From: Hemiscyllium ocellatum
Lineage: Eukaryota
Direction of reading: 5' to 3'
NCBI RefSeq assembly: GCF_020745735.1
Contig: NC_083401.1
Location: 116,123,740 to 116,187,739, forward strand
DNA length: 64,000 bases
A program made the translations under genes and the position numbers. The notes under the pieces are model-generated. The model made no database searches and was not told where the DNA came from. It worked only from the letters and a program-made list of their open reading frames with translations. This document shows, in pieces, positions 26,242-40,789 of the stretch. The number at the start of each line of letters is the position of its first letter. Positions within the stretch are counted from its first letter, which is position 1.

Positions 26242-27454
26242 TTATTATTGACAATTGCACTGAGAATGCCTCTTTACACAAATTTTTACTTGACCCAGCG
26301 AAATATGTACATTTAAAATGAGTGATGGGGACCATCAATGTTTAAAGGACAAATAAGAGGTAATACCTTAAAGCTCCAAGTTAAAAAAAATCAAAACAGT
26401 ATGAAGCACTCAGTAAAAAAGTTAAATTAAAAGGAACAGTGTTGCTTAGGCCCCATTACCAATTTGTCAGGATTTAGAGGCAGTAGCTTGACATCTATCA
26501 CCTCAAATGTTTTATCTCAGTAACACAGCATTGGAATACATTACTGATTGTAGCAAATGCATGATAATGCAGAAGTAACAAGTGTAATCTTGTGGTAAAA
26601 AATTATAATCTGTTAATATTTGTTTAAAATGCAAGTTTAATAGTGACCGTTTGTTGCTGTTGTCATTAATCAGCATTGATTGATTTATGTTCCTGGTGAA
26701 ATAGGTGACTGTTGTGAATCACTTCAATGACAGACCTTTACTATTGTTACAATGAGAGGACTTGACTCTGAACAAAGATGGAGTTTTAAACTACATATAT
26801 TATAATTAAAATACTATTAGTCATATATTATAGAATAAGGTGTTTAACAGGCAGCCAAGAAATCTTTTACCTGAAAATTCAAGTAAAATTACGTTTTAAC
26901 AATATATTCTTGACTCTAATGTGCAGACTTCCAAAAGAGTTGTGGAAGTACATATCTTATAGATATCTCACATACTCCCTGAACATTTCATCCAGTCTGA
27001 ACTATAACAGTCTACATTGATCGTGTACAGATTTGGTTGGAGTCCTACCAACTATTTGCATAATTAAACTAAACCGCAAATTCACGAAAATTCAACAACT
27101 AGCCTCATCCCATTTCAGTGATCTACTCCCCCAACTCACCATTCCCCTAATCCTGCTCTGAATCCCAGCTTCTGCCACTACACTTCCCCTACTGCCCCCA
27201 CCCCACCAAAAAGTCTATTAAAGTTATATTCACATTGAAATCATTGTCACCTTCTTTCACAAGTGCTCAAGTTTCAAAAGAGCTCCAGTTTTTAAACCTG
27301 CATGCTAAACGAGAAGAAAGAAATGAAGTGTCTGCAACAGGATGTAGACAAGGTAGCAGTATGCAGTCAAGGTACAAATTGTGTTTAATACAGCAAAGTG
27401 CATAATTGACATTATGGCACAATTCAAGGTTTTGTAGGAATTTGGGAGTGACTA

Positions 27455-27597
27455 CAGAGGAACCTTGACTATCCAAGCAGGAAGTATTTTTGTTCAGATA
27501 ATCAAATGCCAGATAACACAGCGTAGCCAAGCATCGGGACTTGTCCAAATAATCCTTAATTCAGATAATCAAATGCCGGATAATTGAGGTTCCTCTG
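27455..27597. mobile_element. MITE, Tc1/mariner-pogo (Tigger-like)
   Basis: TA|CAGAGGAACCTTGACTATCC ... GGATAATTGAGGTTCCTCTG|TA, 17/20 TIR identity, TA flanks, internal direct repeat ttcagataatcaaatgcc. Confidence 0.8.
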
Positions 27598-28642
27598 TAC
27601 ATTGAGAGTGGCAGGACAGAGAGACAGTGGTCACTAAACCCTATGGGATGTGTTCTGGTTATTACGTTAGCCAAGATGATGAAATCCTTGAAAGAATGCA
27701 GATGAAATTTACCAATACACTATTAAAGGCCTTCTTTCCCAAATTATCTGGGACCAAACTTAAGTTGGTAAAGTTCTCCTTATAGGAAAGGAAGTTGAGG
27801 AAATTTGACATAAGGAAGAGAAGGAGAAAGACATCCTGTTAACTGACAGTACAAGGCTGGGGGTGGGGTAGTGCACAGAGATTTAGGATTTTGGGCAAAT
27901 GTGAGGATGAAATTTTTTCAAGAAAAATGATGCAAATGGTAATGACCTAGAGCTTATTGTCCACAAGATTGGTGTAAGCAGAAACAATATTTCGAAGGAA
28001 ACAATGGATACTTCAAGGGAAAACAATCAAGTGGTCAAAAGAATTTACTGATTTATTCTGAAAAAAGCTGGTATAGTCTCCTTTAGCACTGTAAACGATA
28101 CTGTGGTTTTATTTAAAAATTGCTTTATTCAATTCATGAAATCAGTGTTTCAGATTACAAAATCCTGGTAGATCAATTAAGCCCAGGCATGCTGTCATCA
28201 AAAAAATGGAATAGAAATTTTAAAGAAAGTGCTTGAACACAAAATAGTTTTACACAGCTTGGTTTAATATTGATGTCAAAGATGTAACTTAGCAAATTTT
28301 ATTTGGACCCTGAATATTTTGAATTGACAGAAGGTTTTCAAAATACTTTGACTGGCTATTTAACTTCTGCGGCGATCTTGCTTAAAGTGTTTATAACTTA
28401 ATTCATTTACATTACACATCAAGTAGTTTATCAAAACTTCACATATGGGAAACACTTATATATAGCAACATTCTCAAGTGTTGATTTAATGCAATGGCAA
28501 TATAATAAAAATGCATTTCACAAACAAAAGAATATTTTCAAGTTAACAAAGGTGCAAAGTTAAAACTTCACAGACAAAACTTCAGAAAATATTTTAATCT
28601 GAACTAACAATCATGCAAATAAACAAACAAGTGTTAGAGCTA

Positions 28643-28753
<111 letters not shown>

Positions 28754-30329
28754 CTATTAAGTAGAGTAGATTTTGTTTAAATGAACCACGTCATTAGTAA
28801 TTTTGTTACTTCTATTCAAGGTAACAGCTATTAAATAAAAACAAAGTGTCTAGCTATAATATTAGGACCAAATGCACTGCCATCCCAAAAGTGCTCAGCG
28901 AATTCATCAGATCTCAGATCTTTGTCATCCTCATATTTAAAGAGAATAATTGCTAATACATTTACCTATATTAGGGAAGGCCAGATAAAGAGGTTTTACA
29001 TGAACTAATATCAGCAAACCTTCAGTAAATGAAGTAAAAGAAAAACATGGAAAATGAGTAAATCAATTCAGATTTTTTTGTTCTAAATTAGCACAGCACA
29101 ACTTAAATCAAGTTTCTGTAGGGGCTAGAGAAATAAATTTCAAGAATGAGCTGGATACTCTGAATTGTTAATCACGTGATTTTATCATTTGAGATTTGCA
29201 AATTTTAGCTATTAAGAAAAACAGCATGAAAACATGAATGCAAGCTACTGGAATTAGTCACCTGATTATTTCACACATGCAATTCAAGGTTTAATACTGA
29301 CTTCAAATATATTTGCCACTTCAATTTCTACCTGAACAAAGATAAGCACATGCACTCTTTTACCTGTCAATTTTTGTTTGATAAAACTGCTTGGTACATT
29401 AAATTCAAAGTACTTTATTAATACGAGTTTTTGCAATTGCACTTTATTATTCTGTGACATTGACAGTTTGTTCATATTTGACTCAGCAAGCATGAATATG
29501 TGTAACCGTTACAAAATCAACTGTCAAGAATCCTACCATGTAGATGCTTACAAATTGTAAGTTTAAAATTATTTATAATTGTAGATTGGGAACAGAAATG
29601 GTTTTGTTTTCTCAGCAAATTTCTATTGAGGACAACTGATTGATGATGATTATGAATCAACCTACTATACTTTATGGTGGGATCATTTAGATTAACTGAA
29701 AAGAATGCTACAAAATTGAAAAATGATTTACTGTGCAGATTAGGTACAGTGGTAGTCATCCCCACTCAGCTCGCTAAGCCTCATCTCTCTTTCATGGAAC
29801 TCCACTGTTCTACCTCTCACTTACCTGTTCTGGAATTAGAATCTCAGAAACTGCTTGCTGGTCAGTGCTGCTCCTGGCTCTTCTGGGACTAAAATACTGC
29901 AGGTTAATCTGATTGGCCAGTAGCTCTGATGCTGACCTTCACTCAAGAAAAGGCAGAAGCCTTGATTTCAACCAACTAACATTTCATAGAGTATTAAATG
30001 ACTAAAGCTGCTGTGGCAAAAATGCACATCCACTGACTGTTCAAGTAGTCTGACAGGAAGTACCATGACTTACGGAAACTTCCGTCCCATGGAATAAAAT
30101 ACATTTCACAAGCTTATTTCCTAATGATTTTAGAAAAGAAAATTTTAGAATTAAATGTAGATCTTTTCCGCTAAAGCATTCTGCATTAAAAATATGTTTG
30201 CTTTATCTTATTGACAAATATTACCATCAAGTTGGAGTAGATCTGGTACAGCAATGTTAATTTTAATTAAGTAGAAGAAAGTTGGTACAAACAAAACGTG
30301 TGCATTTAGTGATAATTTCCAACACCCAC

Positions 30330-30397
30330 CTTATCAGAAAGCTCTTTTGTGGTTTCTGGCTTTTCATATTTCATCAGCCAGTTATCATTTCCTCTAT
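30330..30397 (-). CDS. PI4K2B: PI4K2B exon 5 (catalytic loop DRGNDN)
   Basis: DRGNDNWLMKYEKPETTKELSDK; 68 bp, AG/GT. Confidence 0.95.
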
Positions 30398-31031
30398 CTG
30401 TGTGACAAGGAAAGAAAAGAACAGACAAAGAAGTCTGGTACTGAATTCTGAAATTCTGAAATTCATTGCATCTCTTAAAATATCATATAACTTCTCCATT
30501 TCCATTGTATTACCTTCAGAATTTTTCAGTGCTCCATCTGACTAAAATACCCTGTAGCAATTTGCTTGAATTTGTTTTGTTGAATTCCATGGGTGCCATA
30601 TATAAAATGTTGCCATTTCAACACACATTGCAAAATAAAATTTCACATTGGTAATTTTAGGATACCCAATCCATTTAAAATAACCAGTTGAGTGCAGAAT
30701 AAAATTATGAGCATTTATATAATAATTTCTTAAAAGTCCACTAGGTGTTGATAAACTTGGGCAACTAAAGAACGAAAGGGTTGGTAATTCAGCTCTCAAT
30801 CCTTTCAGCCACTATTCAGTTAGAAAATGACTGACCTGCTTCTCAATGACCTCACAATTTTGGTTCCATACACCAGGATCAAAAAAAGATTTATTTCTGT
30901 TACCCTAAAATAGCCTTTAATCAAACTTAAAATGTTATTAAATCATCTCAATATCTAACGAATATTCTTCTTGGAGTTTGTTTCATTTCGTTATATCCAA
31001 TTTCACTGATTCAGTTATAGTTAGTATTTAT

Positions 31032-32425
31032 GGATGTAGGTTTGTTCGCTGAGCTGAAAGGTTCATTTCCAGATGTTTCGTTACCTTACTGGACCTCACG
31101 CAAAGCAATGCTGAAAATTCCTGCTTTCTATTTATATGTTTGGGTTGGTGATGTCATTTTCTGTGGTGATGTTATTTCCTGTGGTGAAGTCACTTCCTGT
31201 TCTTTTTCTCAGGGGGTGGTAGATGGGGTCCAAGTCGATGTGTTTGTGGATAGAGTTCCGGTTGGAATGCCATGCTTCTAGGAATTATCATGCGTGTCTT
31301 TGTTTGGCTTGTCCCAGGATGGATGTGTTGTCCCAGTCGAAGTGGTGTCCTTCCTCATCTGTATGTGAGGATACTAATGAGAGAGAATCATGTCTTTTTG
31401 TGGCTAGTTGGTATTCATGTATCCTGTGGCTAGTTTTCTGCTTGTTTGTCCAATGTAGGGTTTGTTACAGTTCTTGCACGGTATTTTGTAAATGACATTA
31501 GTTTTGCTTGGTGTCTGTATAGGGTCTTTCAAGTTCATTAGCCACTATTTTAGTGTGTTGCTGGGTTTGTAGACTACCATGATGTCAAGGGGTCTGAGTA
31601 GTCTGGCAGTCATTTCCGAGATGTCTTTGATGTCGGGGACAGTGTCTCAGATTTCTGGATGTGTTTTATCTGCTTGCTTGGATTGGTTGCTGAGAAATCG
31701 GCGGACTGTGGTCATTGGGTACCCATTCTTTCTGAATACACGGTATAGGTGATTTTTCTTCTGCTCTGTGTAGTTCCTCTGTGCTGCAGTGTGTTGGCTT
31801 GTTGAAATAATGTTCTCATGCACCTTCATTTGTGGGTGTTGGGATGATTGCTTCCGTAGTTCAATATTTGGTCTGTATGTGTTGTTTTTCTGGAAACACT
31901 GGTTTGAAGTTCCCTCTACTGTGACATCTAGGAATGGCAGTTTGTTGTTGTTTTCCTCCTCTTTAGTGAATTTTATGCCAGTAAGGGTATTATTGATGGT
32001 CTTGAAAGTTTCCTCTAACTTGTTTCGTTTAATAATGACAAAGGTGTCATCCACGTAGTGGACCCAGAGTTTGGGTTGGGTAGTTGGCAGAGCTGATTGC
32101 TCAAGTCTGTGCACGACTACCTCTGCTAAGAACCCTGAAATCGGAGATCCCATGGGTGTTCCATTGGTATGTCTGTAAGTTTAGTTGTTGAAGGTGAAGT
32201 GGGTGGTAAGGTATAGGTCCACTAGCTTGGCGATATTCTCCTTGTCGATGAAGTTATTTGTGTTTGGTGTATGTGTCTTTGGGTCTTCTAATAGTGTAGT
32301 CAGTGTTTCGTTGACCAGGTTAATGGCCAAGGTAACGAAACGTCTGGAAATGAACCTTTCAGCTCAGTGAGCAAACCTACATCCAAAACCTCAATCTGAA
32401 CTACAAATCTTCTCAAAACTCGTTA
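31032..32425 (-). mobile_element. Penelope-like retroelement remnant (RT + GIY-YIG) with inverted terminal pLTR fragment
   Basis: MGSPISGFLAE...WVHYVDDTFVI RT motifs, frameshifted; GIY-YIG region at ~31260-31500; ~31031-31087 is the reverse complement of ~32329-32385; imperfect 13-bp flanking repeat agttagtatttat/agttactacttat. Confidence 0.9.
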
Positions 32426-33726
32426 AGTTACTACTTATTCACAATAGTCTAAGATATTCCATCGATATTCCTTCAAAGTATTTGGCCTCAAGGGAGGACA
32501 GCAAGGTGAAAGAACTCTGCATTATCGCTTTTTTACAACACAGTTCTCTATAAGTTTACTTTGAGGAAGGAAAAATTCACCATGGATAAACGGGGTAAGG
32601 CAGTATTTATCATGCTGGGACAGCAACCTAAAGGACTACATTTTAAATATCAAAATTGTAAGCAAATAAATTAAATTCAATAAGTGCACTAAATTACAGA
32701 CCAATACCATTAAAACAATACCATTAGCTCACTGCTGGCCTTCAAGGACAAGAATGTGTGTCCCTAACATAATTTCTCTTAAAATTCACTCCAATCCTAT
32801 TAAGGATGGTTAATATTGATTACAGTCAGAAAGCAGCCTGGCCAATTGGTTATCAATGGCAATAAGTGGAGCAATTTGAATTGCTGAAAGATGATAGTTT
32901 GGCTAAGATGTCTGACAATAGATGCAATTCCACAATTGGACAATGTTTTCTACATAATTGGAGGTGTGTAGAATTATACTGACAATCTACTTAGGATTGT
33001 TATTCGGGCTTGCAGAACAGCATCCTTGAGTATAGTCAAAGCTATATGTAACACATCTTGTCCATTGCAGGAAAAAATAGGCACTGGATGTGCATTCTAA
33101 CTCCACAAAATACTCAACAGCCATTCTCTGGTTCATTTTTCAAGGCAATGTTTTGACCAAAGTCAACCTGCCTGGTTTAGAATTTAAATAAAGCTTCTTC
33201 AGTCTGTCAATCATTAATTGCACATTCACATGGCTAGGCCTCTATTCGGAAACCACCCGCTAACCAATCAGGACTTTGATTGTACAGTAAAAATGTTGTT
33301 TTCCATTTATTTTTGCAATTCTAGCAAATTATTCCGATTAAAAAAAATGTGAATCGTTCGCAGCAATTCTTAACACAATTTACAAAATGAAGCTTAAGTG
33401 TCACAATGCTTTCATTATTCATACTGAAGATTCTAGGTGATGTCACTCAGTCTTCCAACTGCTCTTCCTTGTGTCACTAGATCCATTGATATTATTTTCA
33501 ACTCACTATGTATATAAAGCAGGCTTAGTACATCGATGCTTTGTGTCAATAGTTAATTAGCATGTTGAGATTGGTGAAAATTGGATGGAGATTTTTAAAA
33601 ATTCTAATTCTCTACCTTTAAGGTTCATCCCAATTGGAGGACAAAATAAATCAGACATTAAAAATTCAATGGCAAAGGTGTTTTTTCCAGAACTAACAGA
33701 CTTATTTGAGCAAATTTTACAATTCA

Positions 33727-33906
<180 letters not shown>

Positions 33907-34570
33907 CTACCAAAATAGGATAAAGGGTGAGGTCAGAATTTTGTTTATGTTTGAGCTTAAAATGTCAGTCTAAACTCAAGAGAAAATGGACCACATTGCA
34001 TAGGTTGTTCAAAATAGGATAACACGATTATTCAGCAGGGGTCAGTGGTACATTAATGAACTTTATACATTAATAATTGTGCAGATTCAAAAATTAATTT
34101 AAAACTTAAATATCTACTAAAATCAAATCTGACTAAACAAAATTACAATAATAAGAAATATTTTGATGTAATTTTCTAAAGCAATTTACTGTATTTTATT
34201 TAAAGGCAGTTATTGTTAACCAAACTTTGATAGGTTAACGTAGTCTACGTGGAGATCTGCTGGCTCTGTTTGCTTCATACTCAAGGCAGTTTTGTTTTTA
34301 GTTATGCGATTGTGATAACATCAATTCTTGTGTGGTTTTATATTTTAAAAACTCTGGCACACTGTGCACACGTGAAAATATTCTGCCACCTCAGCCACCA
34401 AAAATTAATCTTGGTAGCACAAAACTTAAAGCCTAAAATCAAAAAAATAGGCCACAAGTATTTTACTCCTTCAAAATTTCATGTTACAGTATTGGTGGTT
34501 GGGTACATTGAAAGATAAAATGGGTAGAAACTACCAAGAAATAGAGGTTACTTTCAAAGTTTAAGATTTA

Positions 34571-34705
<135 letters not shown>

Positions 34706-35391
34706 CTATATTTGAGAAAATACATAAAATGGGATTACTAGAACACATTTTGAGAATCAACTGTGAACTTTATTCTGTTTTCATTTCTTGGGATGAAGAA
34801 GTTACTTTAATAGCAGGATTGTGCACATTCCTACACAGCAATCTAAACACTCCAATTCTAGCAACATCCTTGTAAATTTTTTCTGAACCTTTTCAGGTTT
34901 CACAACATTCTTCCGGCAGAATGGAGATCAGAATTGCGTGCAATATTCCAAACGGGGCCTAACCAATGTCCTGTACACCTGAAACATAACCTCTCAACTC
35001 CTATATTCATTCTGACCAATAAAGTGTATGAAACATCTTCTTCACTATCCTACCTCCTTGATATTTAACTTTCAAGGAACTATGAACTGATGACTTTAAT
35101 ATAAAGAATTATATTTGACTGATAAACCATGTTTTCAAACATCAGACCAAATTACTCTCTCACAGCAGTATTTAAGTTACATCAGTTTGAAGTATAATGA
35201 ATTTCTAATACTCTGTAGATAGAGGTATGCAGTCAACTTTGATGTTACCAAAACAAATCTTTTATATGCAAATACAAAAAGCGTTGGTAATTGGGGAAGT
35301 CAATGTTCCTTAGAACAACAACTCTAAATGGAAACAATCTTTGCAAGATCCTGGAAGGCCAGTATATTTAACACTTATAGGAGTGAAATAA

Positions 35392-35582
35392 GCTGAAAAT
35401 GTGTTGCTGGAAAAGCGCAGCCTGTCAGGTAGCATCCAAGGAACAGGAAATTCGCTCCTGATGAAGGGCTTATGCCCGAAACGTCGAATTTCCTGTTCCT
35501 TGGATGCTGCCTGACCTGCTGCGCTTTTTCAGCAACACATTTTCAGCTCTGATCTCCAGCATCTGCAGTCCTCACTTTTTCC
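35392..35582 (+). mobile_element. Short fold-back hammerhead element (family A), 14-bp TSD
   Basis: TSD TAGGAGTGAAATAA at 35378-35391 and 35583-35596; ~64-bp inverted arms around CTGATGA a GGGC-ttat-GCCC GAAAC GTC (35458-35485). Confidence 0.85.
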
Positions 35583-35814
35583 TAGGAGTGAAATAATTAA
35601 AAGATCACATCACCAATGCCAATTTCATGAAACTATAGAAATCACTTTATCAACATTTACTGTTATCTTTCTTTAGCAGTGTAACATGAAAGGCAATAGA
35701 AAGAGGACACTCAAAAGCATACAATATGGTCTAATCTCTACATTGATAATCAGGAAAATTTCTAAAGAATGCCCATCTTCTAGATGTAATAAATTCCTCA
35801 TTTCAGCAAAATCA

Positions 35815-36078
<264 letters not shown>

Positions 36079-36191
36079 CTATATGATAAAAAACTGAAAT
36101 TTTGCTTCCAACGTATAAATCAAATGCAGGATTAATTACAAAATGCGTAAAAAATAGAACAGTGGTCAATCTATGGAATTCATTACCACAG

Positions 36192-36391
36192 TCGAGAGTG
36201 TAGTGCTGGAAAAGCACACAGGCAGCATCCGAGGAGCAGATGAATCGACGTATAAGCCCTTCATCAGGAAAGGGCTTATACCAGAAAAGTCAACTCTCTT
36301 GCTCCTCGGATGCTGCCTGACCTGCTGCCTTTTCCAGCACTATACTCTCGACTCTGATCTCCAGCATCTGCAGTCCTCAATTTCTCCTAAA
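36192..36391 (+). mobile_element. Short fold-back hammerhead-derived element (family A), 12-bp TSD, inserted in a CR1 tail
   Basis: TSD TCATTACCACAG at 36180-36191 and 36392-36403; same tail ctgatctccagcatctgcagtcctca. Confidence 0.8.
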
Positions 36392-36769
36392 TCATTACCA
36401 CAGAAGGCTGTGGAGGTCAGGTCATTGAGCATATTTAAGACCGAGATAGACAGGTGCTGGAGTATCAGAGGGATCAAAAGTCATGGGGAGAAAGCAGGAG
36501 AATGGGGTTGAGAAACTAGTCAGCCATAGTTGAATGGCTGAGCAGACTAGATGGATTGAATGTCCTAATTTGTACTGCTGTATCTTAAAGACCACCATTT
36601 AATGTAATAATGGCTAATCCTCTCTCAATGCCTGCCAACTTTTACTACATGGCTCTTAATGCCTTTAATACCTTAAAAATTATTGAATATATTCAATAAA
36701 CATGTCTTCCAGCTTTCACAAGCTTCTGTGGCACAGAATTCCACACAATCACGGAATGGTGTGGGGATC

Positions 36770-39140
36770 AGACACATCGCTGCAAGAGGATCAGGGCTAG
36801 GAACAAAAACATCTAAGGATATACATTCTATCGAAAATACAAGCAGACAGGCAGAGGGGGGTAGGGTTACCTTCCTAGTAAGAAAAAAAACTAAATTGAT
36901 AGCAAGAAATGATATTCAATCAGAAGACATAGAATCAGCATGGGTAGAGTTGAGGAACCACGAAGGAAAAAAGATCCGGAAATTGAAAAGACAAGTAAGA
37001 AAGGCATTATTAGAATAATTATGGGGAACTTCAATATGCAGGTAGACTGGGAAAAATCGGATTGGCAGTAGATCTCAAGAAAATAAGTTTGTGGAAGGCC
37101 TAAGAGATTTATTTTGGAGCAGTTTGAGATATGGCCTTTCTGGGAACAAGCAATTCTGGATTTGGTGGTATATAAAGAAGCAGGCTTTATTAGGGAGTTT
37201 AAGGCTAAGGAAGCCCCGGGGCAGTGACCATATTATAGAATTCACCCTGCAGTTTGAGGGGGTAAAAACTGGAATTAGATATCACAGTATTACAACTGAG
37301 TAAAAGGTAACTATGTAGACATGAGGGAGGAGCTGGCCAGAGTTGATTGGAAGGGGAGCCTATCAGGGAAGATGCTAGAGCAGTAATAGCAAAAGTTTCT
37401 GGGGTAACAGCAGAAATTTACCCCAAGGAAGAAACATACAAATGTGGCTGGGGAGGCCACAACCAACAGAGAAGTCAGGGGACAGCATAAGAGCAAAGGA
37501 AATATGCATACAATGTAGTAAAGATTAGTAGGTGAGCCAGATGATTGAAAAATCTCAAAGCCAGCAGTAGATAATTAAAAAAGCAATAAGGGGGGAGAAA
37601 ATGAAATGAGAGAGTAATCTACCTAGTAAAGAAGATTGCAAGAGACCTTTCAGATATTTAAAAGGTAAGAGAAAAGCAAGGGCAGACACTGGATCTGCCA
37701 GAAAATAAGGCTGGAGAAGTAATAGCAGAGGAACTGAATTAGTTTTCACAGTGGAAGACACTAGTAGCATTGCAGAACTTAAAAAGACTCAAGGGCAGAG
37801 TACAGTCGCCATCATGAAGGAGAAGGTACAGGGGAAACTGAAAAGTCTGAAGTTGGATAATCACCTGCACCAGCTGGACTACACCATAGAGAGTCATGAA
37901 GGAGATAGCTGAAGAGATTGTAGAAGATTGGTGGTAATCTTGTAGGAATCACTGGAGTCAGGGAGGGTTCCAAGTGATTGGAAGGTAATTAATGTAATAC
38001 CTCTGTTTAAGAGGAAAGCAGAAGACAGGAAACTTGAAGCTGGTTAGATTGCTCGGCTCCTGGTACAATTTTAGTGTCCAGTATTAACAATGAGATTATG
38101 GAGTACTTGGAAGTGCATAGTGAAATAAGGCAGAGTCAGCACAGCTTTATCAAGGGGAGGTCAGGCCTGACAAAATCTGTTAGAATTACTTGGAGAGGCA
38201 ATGAGCAAATTAGACAAAGGAAAGCCAATGACCGTGATTTCCAGAAAGCCTTCGATGTGGTGGCAGCTAAATAGGATAACAGTCCATGTGGTTACTGACA
38301 AGATACTAGCATGGACAGGGGTTCGACTGACTGGTAGAAGAGAGAGTTGGGACGAGAGGGCCTTTTTCACGATGGCAGCCAGTGACTAGTGGAGCTTGCA
38401 GGGGACCACTGCTATTCTCATTATACATTAGTGATCTGGTCAAATGAGCTGGGACATTTTTGCTAAGTTTGCAGATGACAGTTGGAGGGTAGGTGCTGTT
38501 GAGGAAATGCAGAAGATTTGGACATGCCAGGTGAGTGGGCAGATCAAATGCGATGAGGAGAACTCTTGAGGTAATCCATTTTGGTAGGAAGACATGGAGA
38601 CTATTTTCAGAATGGTGAAAGGCTTCAGAAAACTGAAGCTCAAAGGGACCTGGGAGTCCTTCTTCAGGATTCCCTTAAAGTTAACATGCAGGTTCAGTTG
38701 TAGTTAGGAAGGCAAATGCAATGTTAGCATTCATTGCAAGAGGGCTAGAATACAAGAACAGATGAACTGGTGAAGCTGTTTAAGGCTCTGGTCAGACTGT
38801 AGTTAGAATATTGAGAGGAGGTTTAGGCTCGGCACCTAAGGAAAGGGATGTTAGCATTGGAGAAGGACGAGAAACGTTACAAGAATGATCCCAGGGACGA
38901 AGGGCTTGTCATATGTGGAGCCATCGGGACTCTGGGTCTATGCTTGGAGTTTGGATGGATGAGCTGGTATCCGGTTGCAACTTACAGAAAACTGACAGGC
39001 ATGGATAGAGTGGACATAAAGAAGATTTTTCCACAAGTCTGAAAGACTAAGACCAGAGGGCACAGCCTCAGGACGAAGGGACAGCCCCTCAGAACTGAGA
39101 TAAGGAGGAATTTCTTCAGCCACAGGGTGGTCAATTTGTG
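36770..39140 (+). mobile_element. Long decayed CR1 LINE (endonuclease to RT)
   Basis: GGRVTFLVR, IESAWVELRN, GSDHII endonuclease remnants; downstream DFQKAFD and RT remnants; many stops and frameshifts. Confidence 0.85.
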
Positions 39141-39229
39141 AATCTCAATGACGCAAAGGGGATCAAGGTTTACATAGAGAACGGGATTTAGAGACATAAG
39201 CAATGACGGGCTTAATTCTGCTTTTTAAA

Positions 39230-40165
39230 ATTTATTCATTTTTGTAGGATGTGGGAGTCGCTGGATGGCCTACATTTATTGCCCATCCCTAGTTGTCCTG
39301 GAGGTGACGGTGATGAGTTGCCTTTTTGAACCGCAGCAGTCCACCTGCTATGGGTTAATCCATAATACTTTTAGTGAGGGAATTCCACAATTTTGACCTA
39401 GTGACAATGAAGGAACAGCAATATATTTCCAACTCAGGATGGCGAGTTGCTTAGAGGGGAATCTGAAGTCAGTATTCCCATATATTTGGTGCCCTTATCC
39501 TTCTAGATGGAAGTGGTCATGAGTTTGGAATGTGCTGTCTGTGGATCTTTGATGAATTTCTATAGTGCATCCTGTATCCACTACACACTGCTGCTACTGA
39601 GCGGATGTAGTGCCAATCAAGCTGCTTTGTCCTGGATGGTGTCAAGCTTGAGTGTTGTTGGGGCAGACAAGTACCATCACACTTATGCCTTGTGATCGTG
39701 GACAGGCTTTGAAGAGTCAGGTGGTGAGTTACTTGCTGCAGTATTCCTAGCCTCTGACCTGCTCTTGTAGCCACTGTGTTTATGTGGTGAATCCAGTTGA
39801 GTTTCTCGTCAACGATAACCCCAATGATGTTGAGAGTGGGGACTTCAGTGATGTTAACATCATTCAATGTCAAGGGACAGTGGTTAGACTGTCCTAGCCT
39901 GGCATGAATGTCACTTGCCACATGAGCCAAAGCCTGGATATGATCCATATCTTGTTGCATTCGAACATGGACTACTTCAGTATCTGAGGAGTCGTTAACA
40001 GTGCCGAATATTATGCAATTTTCGGTGAATATCTCCACTTCTGACCTTACAATGGAAGGAAGGTCACAGATGAAGCAGCTAAAGATAATTTGAAAAATTC
40101 CTGCAGAGGGGTCCTGGAGCTGAAATGATTGACTGCCAACAATCATGACCTTCTTCTGATGTGTC
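39230..40165 (-). mobile_element. Second LINE family (CR1/L2 group) RT remnant with gggcaataaatg tail
   Basis: IFSCFICDLPSIVRSEVEIF...HINTVATRAGQRLGIL; related pieces at ~17040-17350, ~25320-25930, ~58700-58900. Confidence 0.75.
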
Positions 40166-40789
40166 AGATATGTTTTATGGTCTCAAATGAAATCAGATGG
40201 AACCTGGCAGTGAATTGACAAACACCCAATTGAAGCCCTGTTGAGCCTGCAAAGTACTCCTTTAATAACATTTGGGAATTAGTACCAAAATGAGGAGAGC
40301 TGTCAGGCAACATCTTGACATAGTATTACTCATTGAATCTTATCTTAAACACCTCTCAGATACCAGCATTCCTATCATTCTCCTGGTCATATTCCCATCC
40401 TACTGGCAGGGCAAACAGTAGTGATATACAGTCAAGAGAATCTTGCTTTGTAAATCCTCAATGTTGATTCCTGACACGATGAGGTCTTATGGCATAGGCA
40501 AACATGGGCAAGGAAATCTTGTCCTGATTAAGACATACCAGCTCTCCTTGATTGATGAATTAGCATTTTATCCATGTTGGATACCACTTGGTGCACAGAG
40601 TGTGGTAAGAGTGCAGAATTTAGTTTGGGTGAGGGACTTTAATGTCTATCAGGAGTGGTTCTGAAGCACCAATGCCCAAGGAGCTGGTGAAGTCCTAAAA
40701 GAAAGTGGTAAGTAAACCAAGAGGGAAAAACATATGGACTCTACTCCATTCTCTCAGTTCCTCTCCATCGTATCTGTTCCACTGATGTC

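Noticed and set aside
35392-35582. DNA-transposon MITE or miRNA hairpin interpretation of the fold-back elements
   Set aside because: Inverted arms are not symmetric at the termini (one-sided tail), TSD length varies 12-14 bp, and the centre is a hammerhead core like that of the Penelope pLTR
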